Source: an uncultured Ruminococcus sp. (GTDB lineage Bacteria > Bacillota > Clostridia > Oscillospirales > Ruminococcaceae). Taken from it: a stretch of DNA of 28,919 nt. The stretch is from NCBI GenBank assembly GCA_902776945.1, contig CACYSH010000043.1, forward strand, positions 1 to 28,919, written 5' to 3'. The translations under genes were made by a program, and so were the position numbers. The number at the start of each line of letters is the position of its first letter. Position 1 is the first letter of the stretch. A model generated the notes under the pieces. That model was not told the origin of the DNA and did not search any database. It saw only the letters and a list, made by a program, of their open reading frames with translations. Of this stretch, positions 25,216 through 28,919 are shown piece by piece.

Positions 25216-26159
25216 TGAAAAGCGTTCGCGAAATCGCAGACTTTTGTGCCGATGAGGATATAAAGTTTGTAAAGCTGACATTCTGCGACGCTGTCGGGCA
25301 GCAGAAAAACGTGTCGATACCGGCGGGCGAGCTGGAAAGAGCCTTTGAGTACGGAATAGCCTTTGACGCTTCGGCGATACGCGGCTTTGAGAACGAAACG
25401 CACTCCGACCTGTTTCTCTCCCCCGAACCCGACACGCTTACTATCCTGCCCTGGCGACCCGAAAAGCAGCGAGTGGCAAGGATATTATGCTCGGTGCGCC
25501 GACCGGACGGCAGCATACACGAATGCGATACTCGCTCGCTGCTGAAAAAAGCCGTCCGTGAAGCGGAGAACGCGGGTCTGTATCTCTCGGTAGGAGCAGA
25601 AAATAAGTTCACGGTGTACGGCACGGACAGCAGACTCTTTCCTGCCGACAACGCGGCTTATTTAGACCTGGAGCCGGAGGACGGCTGCTGCGACATAAGG
25701 CGGCAGGTTTGCCTGATGCTCGAAAGCATGGGGATACCTGTAAACCGGTCTAATCACGGTCTTGCAGCCGGACAGAACAGCCTGGGCTTCGGCGGAATGA
25801 GCGTGCTGCGAGCTGCCGACACCATGATGACGACCCTCACGGCAATAAAGGTCATTGCCGCCGAAAACGAGCTTTATGCCGAGACAGGACATATTACATA
25901 CGATATTAATGTGAGCGGGGATTCCGGGAGCTTTATCCGTTCGACAGCGGGTCGGCTTGCGGAACTGAAAAGGTTCTTTGTTCCGGGCGGCGGCGCTTGG
26001 AAGGACATAACGCGAATGGACAGCAGTTCAATTAAAGTCACGGCTATCGGCGCGAATCCGTTCATTGCACTCATGCTGATAATATATGCAGGGCTTGGAA
26101 ATGATGTGGGATCAATATATAACCGATTACCGAAGCCGATAGCGGATCTTTACTCATAA
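25215..26159 (+). CDS. Truncated, catalytically degenerate glutamine-synthetase-like protein (~314 aa)
   Basis: A GS N-terminal beta-grasp pattern is present (DIKFVKLTFCDAVGQQKNVSIP..FDASAIRGFE...SDLFL.PEPDT..ILPW). Remnants of the catalytic domain carry substituted metal/substrate residues. The ATG shares one base with the pntB TGA. Confidence 0.65.
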   Translation: MKSVREIADFCADEDIKFVKLTFCDAVGQQKNVSIPAGELERAFEYGIAFDASAIRGFENETHSDLFLSPEPDTLTILPWRPEKQRVARILCSVRRPDGSIHECDTRSLLKKAVREAENAGLYLSVGAENKFTVYGTDSRLFPADNAAYLDLEPEDGCCDIRRQVCLMLESMGIPVNRSNHGLAAGQNSLGFGGMSVLRAADTMMTTLTAIKVIAAENELYAETGHITYDINVSGDSGSFIRSTAGRLAELKRFFVPGGGAWKDITRMDSSSIKVTAIGANPFIALMLIIYAGLGNDVGSIYNRLPKPIADLYS

Positions 26160-26173
26160 AATATTTATTGCCA

Positions 26174-26204
26174 AAGGCGCTTTTCCTTTAAGGAAAAGCG
26201 CCTT
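26174..26204. terminator. Perfect 14-bp hairpin between convergent genes (possible bidirectional terminator, no strong T-run)
   Basis: AAGGCGCTTTTCCT (26174-26187) pairs with AGGAAAAGCGCCTT (26191-26204). Confidence 0.4.
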
Positions 26205-26234
26205 AATTGCAAAGTGAGGACATAAACTGGGTTT

Positions 26235-26450
26235 AGCGCCCGTGCGTTGGCGAAGGGTCAACCGCACGATTGCACGAACTCGTTGTGCCGTTCGCGCTAA
26301 GCGAGCAGTCCCATTTGCGCCGCAGGCGCAACAAAGCAAAGCCGACAAATCAAGCAAAACCCCTAAAAACGCACAAGTGAACGGTCAAAAATAAAATCGG
26401 CAATTTCAAGAAAAATCTTACAAAAACGCACAATATAGAAGCTCTGCAAG
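26235..26450 (+). repeat. Copy D of the mosaic intergenic repeat family
   Basis: It is collinear with the reverse complement of ~12870-13038. The shared blocks are AGCGCCCGTGCGYTGGCGARGGGT, GTCCCATTTGCGCCGCAGGCGCAACAAAGCAAAGCC and GAACGGTCAAAAWTAAAATCGGCAATTTCAAGAAAAA (AAAATCGGCAATT at 26393-26405). Confidence 0.75.
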
Positions 26451-26483
26451 CTGTTTTGTACAATTTTCCGAAAACGCTTATTT

Positions 26484-28919
26484 TTAGTATTCAAATCTGA
26501 TCGAAGAAAGGTCAAAACAGCTGCCCGGCAGGAACGCAAGAGTTACCCGCTGTCTGCCCGAAATTCCGTCAAGCTCAAACCCGCGTTCGGTATAGCCTTC
26601 CGCACCCGCAAATTCGCAGATGATGCGTTTCTCGCCGTCGCTGCCAGAAAACATCGCGTGGATACTGTTCATCGGAAGAGCCGACCTGCCCGTAATACAA
26701 AGCCTTTTCGGCACGGCGGCAAAATCGAACTCGCCGAAATCGAGCGTGACATTGTTGCCGATGCCCGTTACTTCGCTGCCGCTTACCGTGAAAGTGTCGC
26801 CGTAAATGCTCTCAGCGAGTGCGGCGGGCAAAGCAGCAGTTTCCTTTGCGCGGCGCTCAAAAACAAAGCTGCCAATGTCGTAACGAACGTCCGAAGCAAA
26901 GCTGATCGTATGCCGCCCGCGCAGCGGCTCGGACAATCGGTAAGTCATGCTTTGATAATTCTGCCAGATAGGTTTGAGCGAGTATTCAAAATCGCCGAGC
27001 AGTACGCCGTCCTGCGGTGTGCCGTCGTAAACGCGCAGCCGCACGGGGGTATTGGAATTAGCCCACAGAGCCACCGTGAACGTATCGCTCCCGACCATGC
27101 CGAAATCGACGTTTTCAAAGCCTATCCAGCCGCCGCCGACACCTATCCCCGCGCCGTGTCCAAGCCCGGTCGTTACATCGCCGCCGCCAAGACCGTGCAG
27201 ACCGCATTCGACTGTGCTGTACGGGTCGGTCAGGGCAAGACCGATCCCCCGCGCCGTCAGCCGCACCTGCGAGAAAAGGCGGTATCTGTCGGTGCCGTTC
27301 CTGCAAAGCGCCCGCAGACAGAACTCTCCGTCGCCCTTAGCTTCGAGCAAAACGCCGTCCGCGCCGCTTTCGGTGATGACGGCAAGCGGCGAATCAATGC
27401 CGTTCACGGTCGTAACGCGGTATTCAAGCTCTCCCGAATATGTGCTGTTCGCGGGGCGGCAGACGGCTTTCACGCAGACAGTCCGCCGTTCGGTGGTAAG
27501 CTCGCGGAACTCGGGGAAAAGCGATATTCCGCGTACCGGAATATCGCGGGTCTCGTCGGGACAGTCGGCGGAGGTATGAGTGTTTTCTGCCGTCCCCGCA
27601 AGACCACGCGGCTTGTTTTCTGCGTAAGCCATAAAAATCATTTCAAGCGGAGAAAGCGACGGCGAGGTCAGTCGGACTTTTATCTCGCCCGGCTCTTTTT
27701 TCGGCGCAACTATTGCAAGCAGTCTGCCCGAAAAAAGCCGCCGCGAAACGCCTTTATATTGCTCATAATCGGTCGAATCGCCGTTGTCAAGCCCGATAAG
27801 CCTGCCAGCACCCGTCACGCTGACAAACACGCGGTCATTGGCATTTTCAACCATGACGCCGTTTTCGTCAAGCGCTGTGATCTCGATGAAAATAAGCTCG
27901 TCGCTGTCGGTGGGAACATTTGTGCGATCGGCGCTGGCGGCTATCTTCACCGCGTCGCCGAAGGGCGGCTTTTCCTCGCGGGCGACTTCCCTGCCCTGCT
28001 TGTCGTAAGCCACCGCAAGCAGCGTTCCCCTGCGGCAGACAATTTTTGTATCAAGTGTTATCTTATCGCCGTGAGCGCGGTCAAAATCGCCTGCCGCTAT
28101 CATTTCGCCGTCAAAGAAAAGCTCGACACGCGGCGCGTTCGATGCCACGCGAACGTCTATCATCTCGCCGTCATTGAAATCGGTGTGCGGGAAGATATGC
28201 ACGAACGGCGCGGAATCGCAGTCAGTCCACGCGGCGCGGTAGACATAAGCGCCGTCCTTGAAAAATCCCGCCGTGTCGATCTGCCCGAAAAAGCTGTTTT
28301 TCGTCGAATATGGCGTAGGCTCGCCGATGTAGTCAAAGCCCGTCCAGATGAACTGCCCCGCGCAGAAATCGCGGTCACGGTCGGCAATGATGTTCGCCTC
28401 GCGGCTGCGCGAAGCCCATGCGGGGGCGCTGTTGCCGAGACCGCTGCATTGCCCGTCGTCCTCGCAGAGTATCGGCATATCGAGCGGGAAATGGTACACT
28501 CCCCTGCTCTCGACCACCGAAGAGGTCTCGCTGCCGAAGATCGCCCAGTCGGGGTGTTCCTCGTGGTGATCGTCGTAAAGCCGCTCGGAGTAGTTGTAGC
28601 CCGCAATTTTCAGAATATCGGCGCAGCGGCGGGCGTTGTCGCTCGACATATAGTTCGAGCCGATCGTGATAAAGCCGTTGCTGCGTGGGTCATGCGACTG
28701 CACAAGCATTTTCAGCCGCGACGTAACCTCCTGACCGCGCTCACCGACATGGGTGTCATAGATCTCGTTGCCGATGCTCCAGCCGATAAGCGAGGGGTGA
28801 TTGCGGTCGCGGCGCACCCACGCGGCGACATCGCGCTCGTGCCATTCGAGGAAAAATCGTGCGTAGTCGTAGTCGGTCTTGGACAGCTCCCACATATCGA
28901 AGCCCTCTGACAGAATAAG
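26484..28919 (-). CDS. GH2-family glycosidase (beta-galactosidase/glucuronidase-like) with two C-terminal CBM6-like modules; the N-terminus lies beyond the window
   Basis: Motifs are RNHPSLIGWSIGNE (acid/base) and AIFGSETSS (nucleophile region). C-terminal blocks such as GGWIGFENVDFG...ISFASDVRYDIGSFVFE resemble carbohydrate-binding modules. The frame stays open to the window edge. Confidence 0.85.
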   Translation of the reverse strand, partial: LILSEGFDMWELSKTDYDYARFFLEWHERDVAAWVRRDRNHPSLIGWSIGNEIYDTHVGERGQEVTSRLKMLVQSHDPRSNGFITIGSNYMSSDNARRCADILKIAGYNYSERLYDDHHEEHPDWAIFGSETSSVVESRGVYHFPLDMPILCEDDGQCSGLGNSAPAWASRSREANIIADRDRDFCAGQFIWTGFDYIGEPTPYSTKNSFFGQIDTAGFFKDGAYVYRAAWTDCDSAPFVHIFPHTDFNDGEMIDVRVASNAPRVELFFDGEMIAAGDFDRAHGDKITLDTKIVCRRGTLLAVAYDKQGREVAREEKPPFGDAVKIAASADRTNVPTDSDELIFIEITALDENGVMVENANDRVFVSVTGAGRLIGLDNGDSTDYEQYKGVSRRLFSGRLLAIVAPKKEPGEIKVRLTSPSLSPLEMIFMAYAENKPRGLAGTAENTHTSADCPDETRDIPVRGISLFPEFRELTTERRTVCVKAVCRPANSTYSGELEYRVTTVNGIDSPLAVITESGADGVLLEAKGDGEFCLRALCRNGTDRYRLFSQVRLTARGIGLALTDPYSTVECGLHGLGGGDVTTGLGHGAGIGVGGGWIGFENVDFGMVGSDTFTVALWANSNTPVRLRVYDGTPQDGVLLGDFEYSLKPIWQNYQSMTYRLSEPLRGRHTISFASDVRYDIGSFVFERRAKETAALPAALAESIYGDTFTVSGSEVTGIGNNVTLDFGEFDFAAVPKRLCITGRSALPMNSIHAMFSGSDGEKRIICEFAGAEGYTERGFELDGISGRQRVTLAFLPGSCFDLSSIRFEY

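Noticed and set aside
26658-28910. 750-aa ORF on the + strand
   Set aside because: It lies entirely antisense to the GH2 gene. Its translation is Arg/Ala-rich low-complexity sequence with no motifs and no RBS. This is a typical shadow ORF in GC-rich coding DNA.

Overview
This is a chromosomal segment that looks like a Firmicutes/Clostridia (Oscillospiraceae-like) genome. That placement is an inference from the AGGAGG-type ribosome-binding sites, the gene content and the plant-polysaccharide enzymes. It is mostly ordinary core and accessory metabolism.

Gene order:
- gltX 3' end
- a small helical hypothetical protein
- a divergent MetRS-like ligase
- a metallophosphoesterase
- a secreted GH30 xylanase with a CBM
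- an OmpR-type response regulator, a sensor-less histidine kinase, an ABC ATPase and a fused double-FtsX permease
- a MoxR-type AAA+ ATPase coupled to a tandem-peptidase/VWA fusion protein
- a convergent Cache/HD-GYP phosphodiesterase
- a 0.9 kb non-coding gap
- an AraC regulator with a degenerate receiver domain
- gdhA, an unannotated 54-aa ORF, pntAA-pntAB-pntB and a truncated, catalytically degenerate glutamine-synthetase-like gene
- a partial GH2 glycosidase

I found no rRNA, tRNA, CRISPR array, transposase or integrase.

The parts most worth a second look:
1. The MoxR/VWA-peptidase two-gene module at 13080-15991. This family type is only predicted and has not been characterised experimentally.
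2. A mosaic intergenic repeat family with four copies in the window. Two of them sit head-to-head just upstream of that module. They are bounded by perfect 20-bp inverted repeats and enclose a terminator and a perfect TTGACA-N17-TATAAT promoter.
3. A ~75-bp promoter/operator module shared by the xylanase gene and the two-component operon.
4. Several pseudo-enzyme or pseudo-receiver proteins and candidate leader RNAs.

All calls come from reading motifs by eye. No database search was run.
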